Shown: positions 37,866 through 48,118 of the stretch, in pieces
Numbering within the stretch: position 1 is the first letter of the stretch
Layout: the number at the start of each line of letters is the position of its first letter
Origin: an uncultured Chloroflexia bacterium
GTDB taxonomy: Bacteria > Chloroflexota > Anaerolineae > JAAYZQ01
Assembly (NCBI GenBank): GCA_963700285.1
Contig: CAVOXA010000022.1
Coordinates: 64,001 to 128,000, forward strand
DNA: 64,000 nt
Direction of reading: 5' to 3'
The notes under the pieces: model-generated
Seen by the model: the letters and a program-made list of their open reading frames with translations, nothing else
What the model was told of the DNA's origin: nothing
The model's database searches: none
Program-made: the position numbers and the translations under genes

Positions 37866-38709
37866 CTAGCCGGTGACTCTCAGGGCGCAGTCCTGCCGCT
37901 TCCGCTTGTCGTCCGGATCGTAGGCAATGAGGCGGTAGTTGTAATCGCCCGGTTGCCCGGGGCAGTCCTGGATGCTGCCCGACCGGGGCGCGTTCTCCTG
38001 GACAGCGTGCTCGCCCCGGAAGATGTTGACCCAGGCGGTCTCCCCGCCGCAACGCCAGGAAATGGTCACGCATTCGCCGGCCCGGATCTGTCCCGGGGTG
38101 ACGGTGAACTGCTCGATCACCGCTTTGCCCTTGCCCTGGGCAGGTTGCTGGGGCTGGCCGGTTGGAGGCTTTGGCGGCTGGACCGGCTGGTCCGAGACGA
38201 CGTTGATGACCTGTTCTCCGCGGGCGGTCCCGCCGGGACCCGATGCCTCAATGCGGTACGTCACCCGGCCCGCGCCCTTGGGGCAATCCTGAATCTCGCC
38301 TTCGACAGGCGCTCCGTCCCACAGCACCCTCTGGTTCGCCAGGAGGCGCACGTGGGACACTTGGCCCACTACCTTCCACGTGACCTTCAGGCACTGTCCC
38401 GGCGGGGATCTGGCCCGCGGGGTTCAGGCCAAAGCGCTTGATGTTGGGGACTGCCACGCCAGAGCCCACCTCAATGCGGATGCTGGGTATCTCGTGCGTG
38501 CCATCGGCCTTGATCACACGCAGGTAGTAGGTCGTGCTCTGGGGCGGGCATTCCTGACGCTGTTCGTGCCCGGTCACGCCATGGTCTTTCCAGTTTTGGC
38601 CGTCGTGGAAAAAGTATACTGCCTGAACTCCTTCCACATTCCACTGGAAGGTCACACACCCTCCAGGCTGGATGTTGGTCCGATCGACGCCGAATTGTAT
38701 CTGTGCCAT
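37866..38709 (-). CDS. Protein with three Ig/PKD-like repeats, one frameshift near 38395
   Basis: Repeats F....QI..G.C..(F/I/V).W ... Q(E/D)CP...Y.(L/I) occur three times; extended -10 upstream near 38760. Confidence 0.7.
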
Positions 38710-38857
38710 AGGGTTCTCCCAAGTCGTCATTACTCCAGGCAAGGCCTGGGGCGGCGCCATTATAGCATAGAATGGGCTGGCGCACATCTTCCCGCAGCGC
38801 CTTGTATCACAGTCTGGGGAAAAGTCAATGCGTATACGACATCATCCTCTCCGGGGC

Positions 38858-40019
38858 TCAGGAGTCCAGGAAGCGGGCGGCGATGAGGGCGTACATCCTG
38901 GGCAATCGCTCCAGCCAGTCGAGATCGACGTACTCGTCCGGCTGGTGAACGTTGCCCCGGGCCGGGCCCAGGTGGAGGCAGGGGATGCCGTGCTCGCCAA
39001 AGACGTTGGCATCGGTGATGCCCGCGCTGTAGGCGTAGGCCGGCTCGACCCCCATCTCTTTGCGGTACACGTCGTGGAAGACCTGGACGATGGGCTCGCT
39101 GCGGTCCACGAGGAAAGGCTCGTAGCGGGGCGGTTTGAGGCGCACGTCAACCTCCGGCGTCCAGCGCCAGGGACGCGACCAGGGATTCCATGTCCGCGAT
39201 GGCTGTGGCCGTCGTTTCGCCCGGTACCAGTAGGCGGTTGATCTCGACGCGGCAGCGGTCGGGAACGACCACGCTGTAGACCTGATAGCCGCCCTCGATC
39301 TTGAGCGTGCAATAGTTGCCACGACCGAACTGGGGATGGTCCAGCATGGGCAGCTCGGCCAGCGAGGCCACGATCTTGGCTGCCTCTTCCACGGCATTGA
39401 TGCCCAGGTGGGGGCGGAAGCCATGGGCGGCGTGGCCCTTGACCGTGACGTCGTACAGGACTTTGCCGGTGATACCCAGGGGCATGGGCATGCCCTCGTC
39501 CGCGGCATAGGGCTCGGCCAGGAGGATGGCGTCGCAGGCGGCTAGGTCGGTGGTCATCATGGCCCGGGCCCCCTTGCTGTATGCCTCCTCGTCGATGACG
39601 GCCGAGAGAGAAAGCTCGCCACGGAAGGGAAAGCCCGACTCGACGTAGGCCTTGAGAGTCGTTATGGCGCAGGCGATGCCGGCTTTCATGTCGTTGGCGC
39701 CGAGGCCAAGCATGCGGCCATCCTGGATCACGGGCACAAAGGGATCGGTCTGCCAGCCCTCGCAGACGGGCACCGTGTCGGTGTGGCCGTTGAGGTTCAG
39801 GCGCTTGCCCGGACCCCGGCCCGGCAAGCGGGCGTAGACGTTGGGCCGGCCCGGTTCCACCTCGTGCAGCTCGCAGTCCACGCCCAGCGCGGCCAGTTCC
39901 GCCAGCAAAAAGCGGGCCAGGTCGCCCTCGTTGCCCACGACAGAGTTGATGCGGATCATGTCCGCCAGCAGGCGGATGGTGTATTCGTTGTCCAGTTTGG
40001 CCAGTAGATCGTCGATCAA
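38858..40019 (-). CDS. M20 family metallohydrolase (ArgE/DapE-like), one frameshift near 39150
   Basis: GRPNV, NGHTDTVP, GLGANDMKAG, IDEE, AEP, G.AAHG, NVHQPDEYV; TTG start with AGGAGG. Confidence 0.88.
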
Positions 40020-40115
40020 CGTTGTCCTCCTCAAGAGTGGGAATTTGTGCGCATTATAGCCCAGGAGCCATGCCTTGTCAATGGGGAGCAAGTACAGCCC
40101 AGGGCCGTAGCAGAG

Positions 40116-40242
40116 CTGTCATCGCGAGGGTCAGCGCCTGTCCCGAGCATGTCCAGAGTCCGCGAAGGATCTGCCGAGGGAAAGCGATCTCCACCTTTGG
40201 CCTGGGGATTGCCACGGCGCAAACGGCGCGCCTACCAATGAC
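40116..40242. repeat. Degenerate GTCATTGCGAG...GCAATGAC-type palindromic element
   Basis: TGTCATCGCGAG...AAGCGATCTCC...GGGGATTGCCACG...CAATGACA; related CTCGCAATGACA at about 40386. Confidence 0.55.
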
Positions 40243-40469
40243 ACAGGGACAGTTGCTATGGGCTCCGCGCGGACCACAGTCCGCGCCTGGCTGACAGGTG
40301 TGCTGGACTGTGGTCCGGCACGAGCAGAGAGGGGCAGAGGCGCCGGTGTCGTTATCAGGTGAGTGGCGCCCCGCACCATGGAACACTCGCAATGACAGAT
40401 CTGGCCAGCAGTGCTTATCCAGGGACATTGCAGTTGTCCTGAGCCCCGCTTGGCGCGGGCGTAGATCTG

Positions 40470-41096
40470 CTACGGGCTCTCTGCCTCCGGCGTAGAGTCG
40501 GCAGGGGCTTCTGACGCGCGCCGCGCCTGGACGCGCATGCGCAGCGCGTCGCCGATCAAGAGTATCCCCACCAGCAGCGCCCAGAGGGTCCCCAACGTAA
40601 AGGCCAGGCTGGTGCGCTCCAGGGGCTCGAGGATCAGCAGCGTCCCCAGAATGATCTCGAACACGCCCAGGGCGGAGGCCAGATGTTTCCTGTGCTGCCA
40701 GGCATCTGTACCGCGCCTGAAGCCTTCTGTAACGTGCAGGATGCCGGTCAGCAGGACGACGGCTCCCAGGGACACGACCACGATGGCCCGGGCTTCACTG
40801 GGCGCCACAAAGCGGCGGCTGATGGCGCCGATGCCGGCCAGGACGCCGATGATGCCGGCCGCCAGGGACAGACCTCTGGATCGCTCGCCCGTGATCCCCC
40901 AGCGGATACTGATGATTCCGTTCATCAGCCAGAAGATGCCCATGAAGGTAACCAACGAGGATTGCGTCTTGTCAGGCTGGAGAAACAGGGCCAGGCCCAG
41001 AAAAACGGCGAATATTCCGCGTACCAGCGTGACCCAGAAGCCGATACTGTGAGTTCCCTGACGCTTTGGCTTTGACTCCGCAGACTCGGTACCCAT
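40470..41096 (-). CDS. HdeD/DUF308 family membrane protein
   Basis: W..LVRGIFAVFLGLALFLQP, FMGIFWLMNGII; six TMs. Confidence 0.8.
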   Translation of the reverse strand: MGTESAESKPKRQGTHSIGFWVTLVRGIFAVFLGLALFLQPDKTQSSLVTFMGIFWLMNGIISIRWGITGERSRGLSLAAGIIGVLAGIGAISRRFVAPSEARAIVVVSLGAVVLLTGILHVTEGFRRGTDAWQHRKHLASALGVFEIILGTLLILEPLERTSLAFTLGTLWALLVGILLIGDALRMRVQARRASEAPADSTPEAESP

Positions 41097-41176
41097 TGGC
41101 GTCTTCTATGGCGCTAAAGCGCCTGCTACGAACCTGGCTCTCTACCCTGAGCCGATCAACAGGTGCTCTGGGCCGG

Positions 41177-42180
41177 TCAGTCGCCCAGGGTGGCGACCAT
41201 GACGGCCTTGATGGTGTGCATCCGGTTTTCGGCCTGGTCAAAGACGATGCAGTGCTCGGACTCGAACACGTCCTCGGTGACCTCCATGCCGTCCATGCCG
41301 AACTTTTGATAGATCTCTTCGCCGACGGAGGTCTCGCGGTTGTGGAAGGCGGGCAGGCAGTGCAGGAACTTGACGCCGGGGTTGCCGGTGCGGCGGATGG
41401 CCTCCATGTTGACCTGGTAGGGCTTGAGCAGCTTGATGCGCTCGTCCCAGACCTCGTCCGGCTCGCCCATGGAGACCCAGACGTCGGTGTAGAAATAGTC
41501 CACGTCCTGGACGGCCTCGGTCACGTCATCGGTGAGGGTCAGCCGGGCGCCGGTTTCCGCCGCGATGGCCTGGCACTGGGCCACCAGTTCACTCTCGGGC
41601 CAGCAGCCCTTTGGGCGCGCAGAGGCGGACGTCCATGCCCAGCTTGCAGCCGCCGACCATGAGCGAGTTGCCCATGTTGTTGCGGGCATCGCCCAGGTAG
41701 CAGTAGGAGATCTCGGCCAGGGGCTTGTCGCTGTGCTCCATCATGGTCAGCACGTCGGCCAGGATCTGGGTGGGGTGGAACTCGTTGGTCAGGCCGTTCC
41801 AGACGGGCACACCGGCGTATTCGGCCAGAGTCTCGACCGTGGACTGGGCAAAACCCCGGTACTCGATGCCGTCGTAGATGCGGCCCAGCACCCGGGCTGT
41901 GTCCTTCATCGACTCTTTGTGGCCGATGTGCGAGCCGCTGGGGCCCAGGTAGGTGACGTGGGCTCCCTGATCGTAGGCGGCGACCTCGAAAGAGACGCGG
42001 GTGCGGGTTGAAGCCTTCTCAAAGATGAGGGCAATGTTTTTGCCCTTGAGCCGCGGCTGTTCGTAGCCGCCATACTTGGCCGCCTTGAGGTCTCGTGATA
42101 GATCCAGCAGGAAGCTGGATCTCCTTGGGGGTAAAGTCCAGCAGCTTGACAAAACTCCGGTGACGCAGATTAAAGGCCAT
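41177..42180 (-). pseudogene. argF: Ornithine carbamoyltransferase (catabolic ArcB-like N-terminus), frameshifted as written
   Basis: [67 protein letters not shown]; frame changes near 42115 and 41600. Confidence 0.9.
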
Positions 42181-42382
42181 CATGGATCTCCTTGCATTTT
42201 TCTTTGTTAGGGATAGACTTGCTGGATTATACCGAGGCTGCGTCGATTTTGCAAATGGGTTGAGCAATGGGAGCGGGAATGACAGGATCGTTATGTATAA
42301 CCTATCGTCCTGGCGCTGACTTGCTGCTGGCTGCCTCTTGGAGTATAATAGTGTCTACGCGGAATGTATGAGAGGGAGGAGC

Positions 42383-43204
42383 ATGGAGACCGGCCTGCCC
42401 AATATCGCCGTGGATGCGGCCATCGCCTTTGTCATCGTCGCGGTCATTGTTCTGCTCATCCTGGCCTGGCCCCGGCGCAAGGAGCGCCGGGTGTTGTCTC
42501 TGGCCCAGGTCCAGGACGGCTTGCACCGGACGGGCATCGTGACCATCGAGGGCAAGGAAGCAGGCATTGGCCTCTCTCTTTACGTCCGCAACCGCAGCAG
42601 CGCCCTGGTACAGCTTCAGAGCGAAGCGGCGACCCTCATCGAGGCCACCGATCCCCAACGGCAGAATCTGATCATCCCGCGCCCGCTATCCTGGGAGGTT
42701 CCAGCCAAGACTACCCAGAAATTGGAGGTGGATGCGCTGTCGCTGGAGGCCCGCAAGCTGCCGCCGGGCCCTCACGGAGAGGGCGGCTACCGGGTGGGAG
42801 GGCTGGAGGAAAACGACGAGATCCTCAGCCTGTTGGGCGCAGTGGGCAGGCTGGAGGCCGAGGTCGCCAGGCATGTACGGCAGGTCGATGGGGATCAGGT
42901 CAGCTACAGGCCCATGGCGGATGACCTGGTCGTCCTGGCCACCTGCTGTAGCTGTGCGGAGCTGGAGGCCGGCGGGTGTCAGGTCCAGGTTTCGGCCGAG
43001 GTGATCGAATACGCGCTGTGGCAGGTCACGGACAAGCTGAGCTTTGATGCCCTGGTCGAACTGGTCGTGCAACCCCCCTCGCCGGAGGGCCGGGCCAAGA
43101 TGATCATTCAGGTACTGGCGGCCAACATCTTGCTGGAGGAGCGGGCCTGGAGCCAACGGCCGAGATCTAGACGGCCAGGTGCGGATGGCCGGAGGAGCGT
43201 GTAA
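42383..43204 (+). CDS. Hypothetical membrane-anchored protein
   Basis: GGAGGAG RBS; one N-terminal TM followed by RRK; C-terminus possibly frameshifted. Confidence 0.65.
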   Translation: METGLPNIAVDAAIAFVIVAVIVLLILAWPRRKERRVLSLAQVQDGLHRTGIVTIEGKEAGIGLSLYVRNRSSALVQLQSEAATLIEATDPQRQNLIIPRPLSWEVPAKTTQKLEVDALSLEARKLPPGPHGEGGYRVGGLEENDEILSLLGAVGRLEAEVARHVRQVDGDQVSYRPMADDLVVLATCCSCAELEAGGCQVQVSAEVIEYALWQVTDKLSFDALVELVVQPPSPEGRAKMIIQVLAANILLEERAWSQRPRSRRPGADGRRSV

Positions 43205-43465
43205 TAGTCCTTACCTTGGGCGGAAACCCGGGGTGGGGATTTTTGCTTTGGTAGGGCCTCTTGTGGCCAGACGGCGGGCGCGGCTCGAGACCATATTCTG
43301 GTGGCCGATGGACCACTTGACCTGGGACAAAATAGGACAAGTGGCCAATGGGATATCCCCCACCTGGCCGATGCGCTGCGCACAGCCATGCGGTATACTG
43401 GGAGCAACGGTAACCTGGAACGCGCCGATATTCTCTGGCGACGTGTTGCGAACAGGAGGTGCGGT

Positions 43466-43711
43466 ATGTTTGGCGCTGATCCCTATCTGGCAGAACGATC
43501 GATGGAACTGAACGTGCGTGCAGCCCGGGACGAGGCGCAGAGGCTCGGCACCTCGCCCCTTTCCCCCTCAGCCCGCAGGCTGGCCTGCCGCCTGAGTTTG
43601 CTGATGGTTCAGGTAGGCGGGCGGCTGGTACGAGCTGGCCTGCCACCCCATCAGGCAGGTACAAAGGGCAACGCCGGGCAGAGCGCTTCGCACGGAGGGG
43701 CGCCGGCCTGA
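43466..43711 (+). CDS. Small hypothetical protein
   Basis: AGGAGG RBS; MFGADPYLAERSMELNVRAARDEAQRL...RLACRL..LMV.VGGRL. Confidence 0.55.
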   Translation: MFGADPYLAERSMELNVRAARDEAQRLGTSPLSPSARRLACRLSLLMVQVGGRLVRAGLPPHQAGTKGNAGQSASHGGAPA

Positions 43712-43817
43712 TCTGGTTCCTGGCGCGAAACGGCGCCTGGCCCCGTTCCCGGGGGCCTGAGCTTTGCCGGAAATGGGAGCTCGGGCCGAGAGCCGTACCG
43801 AAGAGAGGAGGACTGTT

Positions 43818-44040
43818 ATGCATGGCGCATATTCCTGATCTGGCTGAGCGAGAGATGAAACTGCGTGTGGCTGCGGAACTGACCGGGCCCAGGCCCGGGG
43901 CCTGCTCAAACCCGCCGTTTACAGGCGGCGGGAGACGCTGGCCCAGCGCGGACAGTGGCTGCTGTGCCAGTTGGGCTACCACCTGGTCGCCCTGGGCGCG
44001 CGGCTGGAGGCCTATTCGCTGGCGCAGGAGGGTTGAGGCG
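43818..44040 (+). pseudogene. Paralogue of the preceding small protein, frameshifted as written
   Basis: GAGGAGG RBS; pieces read MHGAY(P)DLAEREMKLRVAAEL ... WLLCQLGYHLVALGARLEAY; end approximate. Confidence 0.45.
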
Positions 44041-44212
44041 GAGCCGGGGCGGAGAGGGCAGCGCGCCCGTCCGGGCGGCACGTCCGGCTCCCGGGATTCG
44101 ACAACCTGCTGGTGGCCTTTTGTTGCCACCGGACAGGTACCGTGGCCGCTGATGTGCTATCCTATCGAAGGGAGCGCCAGAACCGAATTCCATCGAGGAG
44201 CACGGAGCAGCC

Positions 44213-45187
44213 ATGGAGGAAAAGTCACACAACTGGAGCATTTGGATCATTGCGGCCGCGGTCCTGGGCGTCACCGGCCTCTGCTGTGCGCTGCTGGCCG
44301 TCGCGGTGGCCGCAGGCCTGCTGTGGGCAAGCCCGGCGGGGCGGATGGAGATGGGCGCGGGTGACGGCCAGCGCTCGTGGCAGCGCTACGAGGTGGGCGA
44401 ATCGCCCGTCCTGACCCTCGATAATTTTTCCGGCAGTGTCAGCGTCCACGCCGGCGAGGAGGCGGGATCGAAATCGTGGCCCGCAAGCAGGCGCGGCGCG
44501 AGGGTGACCTGGAAAGGATTACGAGTCGACATAACCAGAACCCGTGATGGCCTGGCCGTCAAGACCGCGAAGCCGCCCGGCGTGGGCAACGCCGCGGTCG
44601 ACTTATAGATCACAGCGCCCGCCGGCACGAGGCTGGATGCGCGCACCGGCTCGGGCAGCGTGCGGGTTGACGGCCTCCGCGGTGGGGTCAAGGCCCACAG
44701 CGGGTCTGGGAGCCTGGTGGTCGCCGGGGCGCTGGGTGGCGTCGAGGCGTTTACCGGCTCGGGCCGCATCGAGGTCCGGGGCGCGGGTGGAGGCACAAGG
44801 GTCGACAGCGGCTCGGGAAGCCTGCTGATCCATGACGTCGAGGGCGAGCTCCAGGCCCACACCGGTTCGGGCAGCATCGAGGCGCTTGGGGCCAGGGGCC
44901 CTGTCCGCCTGGACACTGGCAGTGGCAGCGTTCATTATGCGGGCTCGCCCCAGGGTGACAGTCGCTTCCAGAGCGGCAGCGGCGGCATCACCCTGGTCCT
45001 GCCGGCCGATTTAGACATGGCGCTTGATCTCCACACCGGCTCGGGGCGGGTTGAGGTCAGCCCCGGGCTTGGCGGGCAGATCACGGCCAGCAAGGGTGAG
45101 GTCAAGGGGGTCGTTGGCAGCGGGGAGGATGGTACTGTCTGGGCCAGAACCGGTTCGGGCAATGTACGAGTACAGGTAGCGCGCTAG
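44213..45187 (+). CDS. DUF4097-type beta-strand repeat protein, frameshifted
   Basis: N-terminal TM; repeated (H/T)(T/S)GSGS(I/V/L) units; LTLDNFSGSVSV; frame changes in 44450-44610. Confidence 0.8.
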
Positions 45188-45713
45188 AGCCTCAGATCAG
45201 GACAGGCAGTCCTACCGACGTACGACTACTCTTGCTAGAGAAGAACAATTGCCGAACTGGTGGCTCAGTTGGTGTGGCCAAGGGCTGCCAGTCCTGGCTG
45301 CATGTGGCTGAGGACTGCGTTCAAGTTGGGAAAAGTTCGAATTTGTCCCGGAAGGCCATATCCTTTTTGCGCTTGTGACGGTATGTATGATAAGTGCGAG
45401 ACCTTTACAGGGATGCCTTTTGAACCGGGACATGCAACCTGGGGAGGTGCACAGAAATTTAACATATTTCGATGTAACTTTTGGTGATCGAGCGGGTTAG
45501 AAGTAGTAGGAAGTCCGGCGCTGTCCCTGGCGTCTCTTCCTACGGCCCAAAGGCTCCACCTTTCGCGGAGCTTGGGTGGACCGGCGACGACCGTCTACCT
45601 GAGCCCAGGGTCTGGCCCAAGACCTGGGGGGTGAGGCAGGAGTACTTTGTACGACCCGCACGGGGTGCCCCGACCTCGCGCAGCGTGGGGGCGTCAAAGT
45701 GGAGGAGTGGAAG

Positions 45714-46001
45714 ATGAGTGCAATGGAGAACGTGAGTGTCTCCGGGGTCATCCTGCTTATGCACGGCTTGGTGACCTATGGTCCAGGGGATCTGGACATT
45801 GCCTGTGCCATGTCTGGCAAAGGCTATGACGCCGTCAAGTGGGCTGAGGGCCAGGGCATGCTCGCCGAGCTGGTGAGCTGCGACCTGCCCGAGGCAACGA
45901 CCGTGACCGCTGCGGCCGCCTGGTACGACGAGGCGGCCAGCGCGGCAAAACAGGCGCTGGCCTCGGAGCCTGTGTTGCTGGCCAAACTTGGCTTGGTGTA
46001 G
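45714..46001 (+). CDS. Small hypothetical protein (95 aa)
   Basis: GGAGGAG RBS, normal composition, followed by a terminator. Confidence 0.6.
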   Translation: MSAMENVSVSGVILLMHGLVTYGPGDLDIACAMSGKGYDAVKWAEGQGMLAELVSCDLPEATTVTAAAAWYDEAASAAKQALASEPVLLAKLGLV

Positions 46002-46106
46002 GCAGATCGACCTGGCGTTCGAGTATCAATAGAAGAATACCGGCATCGCCTGCTTTTGATCCCTGGAGTGGATCGGTTGCGGTGCTTTGGACCGTGGAAT
46101 CACGCG

Positions 46107-46140
46107 AGACCCCGGACGGCTGGCGGCGCCGGGGTTTTTC
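46107..46140 (+). terminator. Probable intrinsic terminator
   Basis: ACCCCGG...CCGGGGT stem followed by a T-run. Confidence 0.55.
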
Positions 46141-46150
46141 TATTCCTGGG

Positions 46151-46704
46151 GTCCAGAGGCGCGCTGAAGCGCGCACTACGAACGGGGCTCTACTGGGCCG
46201 GCGGATCGTCAAAATTCGTAAGAGATCCAGAGGCGCGCTGAAGCGCGCACTACGAACGGGGCTCTACTGGCCGGCGGATCGTCAAAATTCGTAGGAGGTC
46301 CAGAGGCGCGCTGAAGCGCGCACTACGAACGGGGCTCTACTGGGCCGGCGGATCGTCAAAATTCGTAAGAGGTCCAGAGGCGCGCTGAAGCGCGCACTAC
46401 GAACGGGGCTCTACTGGGCCGGCGGATCGTCAAAATTCGTAAGAGGTCCAGAGGCGCGCTGAAGCGCGCACTACGAACGGGGCTCTACTGGGCCGGCGGA
46501 TCGTCAAAATTCGTAGGAGGTCCAGAGGCGCGCTGAAGCGCGCACTACGAACGGGGCTCTACTGGGCCGGCGGATCGTCAAAATTCATAAGAGGTCCAGA
46601 GGCGCGCTGAAGCGCGCACTACGAACGGGGCTCTACTGGGCCGGCGGATCGTCAAAATTCATAAGAGGTCCAGAGGCGCGCTGAAGCGCGCACTACGAAC
46701 GGGG
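46151..46704. repeat. Tandem array of a 74-bp unit (7.5 copies) containing a GTAG-type REP
   Basis: Unit starts at 46151, 46225, 46298, 46372, 46446, 46520, 46594, 46668. Minus strand reads GTAG-T-GCGCGC-TTCA-GCGCGC. Confidence 0.95.
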
Positions 46705-46717
46705 AGTAGCTGTACGT

Positions 46718-46746
46718 TTGCTGTGCTTGGCGGTGGGTGGTATACT
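46718..46746 (+). promoter_or_regulatory. Putative promoter of the MFS gene
   Basis: TTGCTG, 17 bp, TGnTATACT. Confidence 0.55.
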
Positions 46747-46797
46747 GCGGCAGTTCGTTCCCGAATTGGAAAAAACGACCGGGCCGATGGGGTCTCT

Positions 46798-48036
46798 ATG
46801 GAATATTTCCAAAAGCTGCGCCTGTTCAACCGCGACGTACGCCTCTTTCTACTCATGGCAGCGCTGGTGGCTTTTGCCTGGGATGGCATGCGCATTGTGC
46901 TGCTCAACCTCTACCTGCTGCGCCTGGGCTATGGGCCCGAGTTCATCGGTCTGATCACTGGAGCGGGGGCGCTGGCTTTTGCCCTTCTGTGCCCGGTGGC
47001 CGGCGCTTTGGGCACCCGGATGAGCAGCCGGCGCATGATTATCGCCGGAGTGGCCCTGATCGGCGCGGGTTTTGCGCTCCTGCCCATGGTCGAGTTCTTG
47101 CCAGAGTCGTGGTGGACAAGCTGGTTGCTGGTGACTACGACCATCACTTTTCTGGGCTTGGCCCTCTATTTTGTCAATGGCATGCCTTTTATGATGGGCG
47201 CCACCGGCCCGGAAGAGCGGAACTATGCCTTTTCCGCGCACGTGGCGCTGCTGCCGCTGGCAGGTTTCTTTGGGAGCCTGGTGGCTGGCATCCTGCCAGG
47301 CCTGATCGCGGGCTGGCTGGGCCTCACGCTGCAGCATCCGCTGGCCTACCGCATCCCGCTGTGGCTGGCCACTTTTGTGCTGGTCCCGGCCCTGCTGGCC
47401 ATGGCGCCTACCCGCGAGGTCAGGCCCCAGGGTGCCCAGGCGCCGGCCACGGATGCGGGCCCCGCACCGGTCGCCCTGTTCCTGGCCATCGCCATGGCCA
47501 TGGCCCTGCGCTTTGGGGGCCGGGGTTCGGTGATGGCCTTTTTCAACGTCTACCTGGACGACGCGCTGGGTGTTTCCACGATCTTGATCGGCACATTGTC
47601 CGCGGTGGGGCAGTTGATCTCGGTGCCGGCGGCACTCCTGACCCCTCTGGTTGCGGCCCGATGGGGCAACGCCCGGACCTATACCCTGACCACCCTGGCC
47701 ACCGCGGCCCTGATGCTGCCGCTGGCGCTGGTGCCAACCATGGCCGCGGCCAGCATGAGCTATGTGACTTCGATGTTCATGTACTCCATGTCGGTTGGCC
47801 CCATCCGCGTCTTTAGCCAGGAGCTGGTGCGGCCCCACTGGCGGGCGGCCATGGCCGCGGCCTTTATGGGTGGTTCGGGACTGACCTACGCGGCGGTGGC
47901 CTATACCGGAGGGCACATGATTGCCGAGTGGGGCTATCAGGCCCTGTTCCTGCTGGGTGTGCTGTTGGTGGCCGCGGGCGCGGTCTATTACTGGGCCTAC
48001 TTTCGGGTGCCGCGGGGGGAGATGGACGATAGATAA
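46798..48036 (+). CDS. MFS transporter
   Basis: LRLFNRDVRLFLL, LNLYLLRLGYGPEFIG, PFMM......ER.YAFS, FFNVYL; about 12 TMs. Confidence 0.9.
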   Translation: MEYFQKLRLFNRDVRLFLLMAALVAFAWDGMRIVLLNLYLLRLGYGPEFIGLITGAGALAFALLCPVAGALGTRMSSRRMIIAGVALIGAGFALLPMVEFLPESWWTSWLLVTTTITFLGLALYFVNGMPFMMGATGPEERNYAFSAHVALLPLAGFFGSLVAGILPGLIAGWLGLTLQHPLAYRIPLWLATFVLVPALLAMAPTREVRPQGAQAPATDAGPAPVALFLAIAMAMALRFGGRGSVMAFFNVYLDDALGVSTILIGTLSAVGQLISVPAALLTPLVAARWGNARTYTLTTLATAALMLPLALVPTMAAASMSYVTSMFMYSMSVGPIRVFSQELVRPHWRAAMAAAFMGGSGLTYAAVAYTGGHMIAEWGYQALFLLGVLLVAAGAVYYWAYFRVPRGEMDDR

Positions 48037-48118
48037 AGGTTGCTAACTTGGCTGTTCTGTGGACAAGATGGCATCTTTTCCTACGGGGACCTCAAGAAAG
48101 GGAGGAGAATGAGTCCAT

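Noticed and set aside
46151-46704. CRISPR array
   Set aside because: The would-be spacers are nearly identical to each other, there are no cas genes in the window, and the palindrome is a GTAG-REP also present at 27071.
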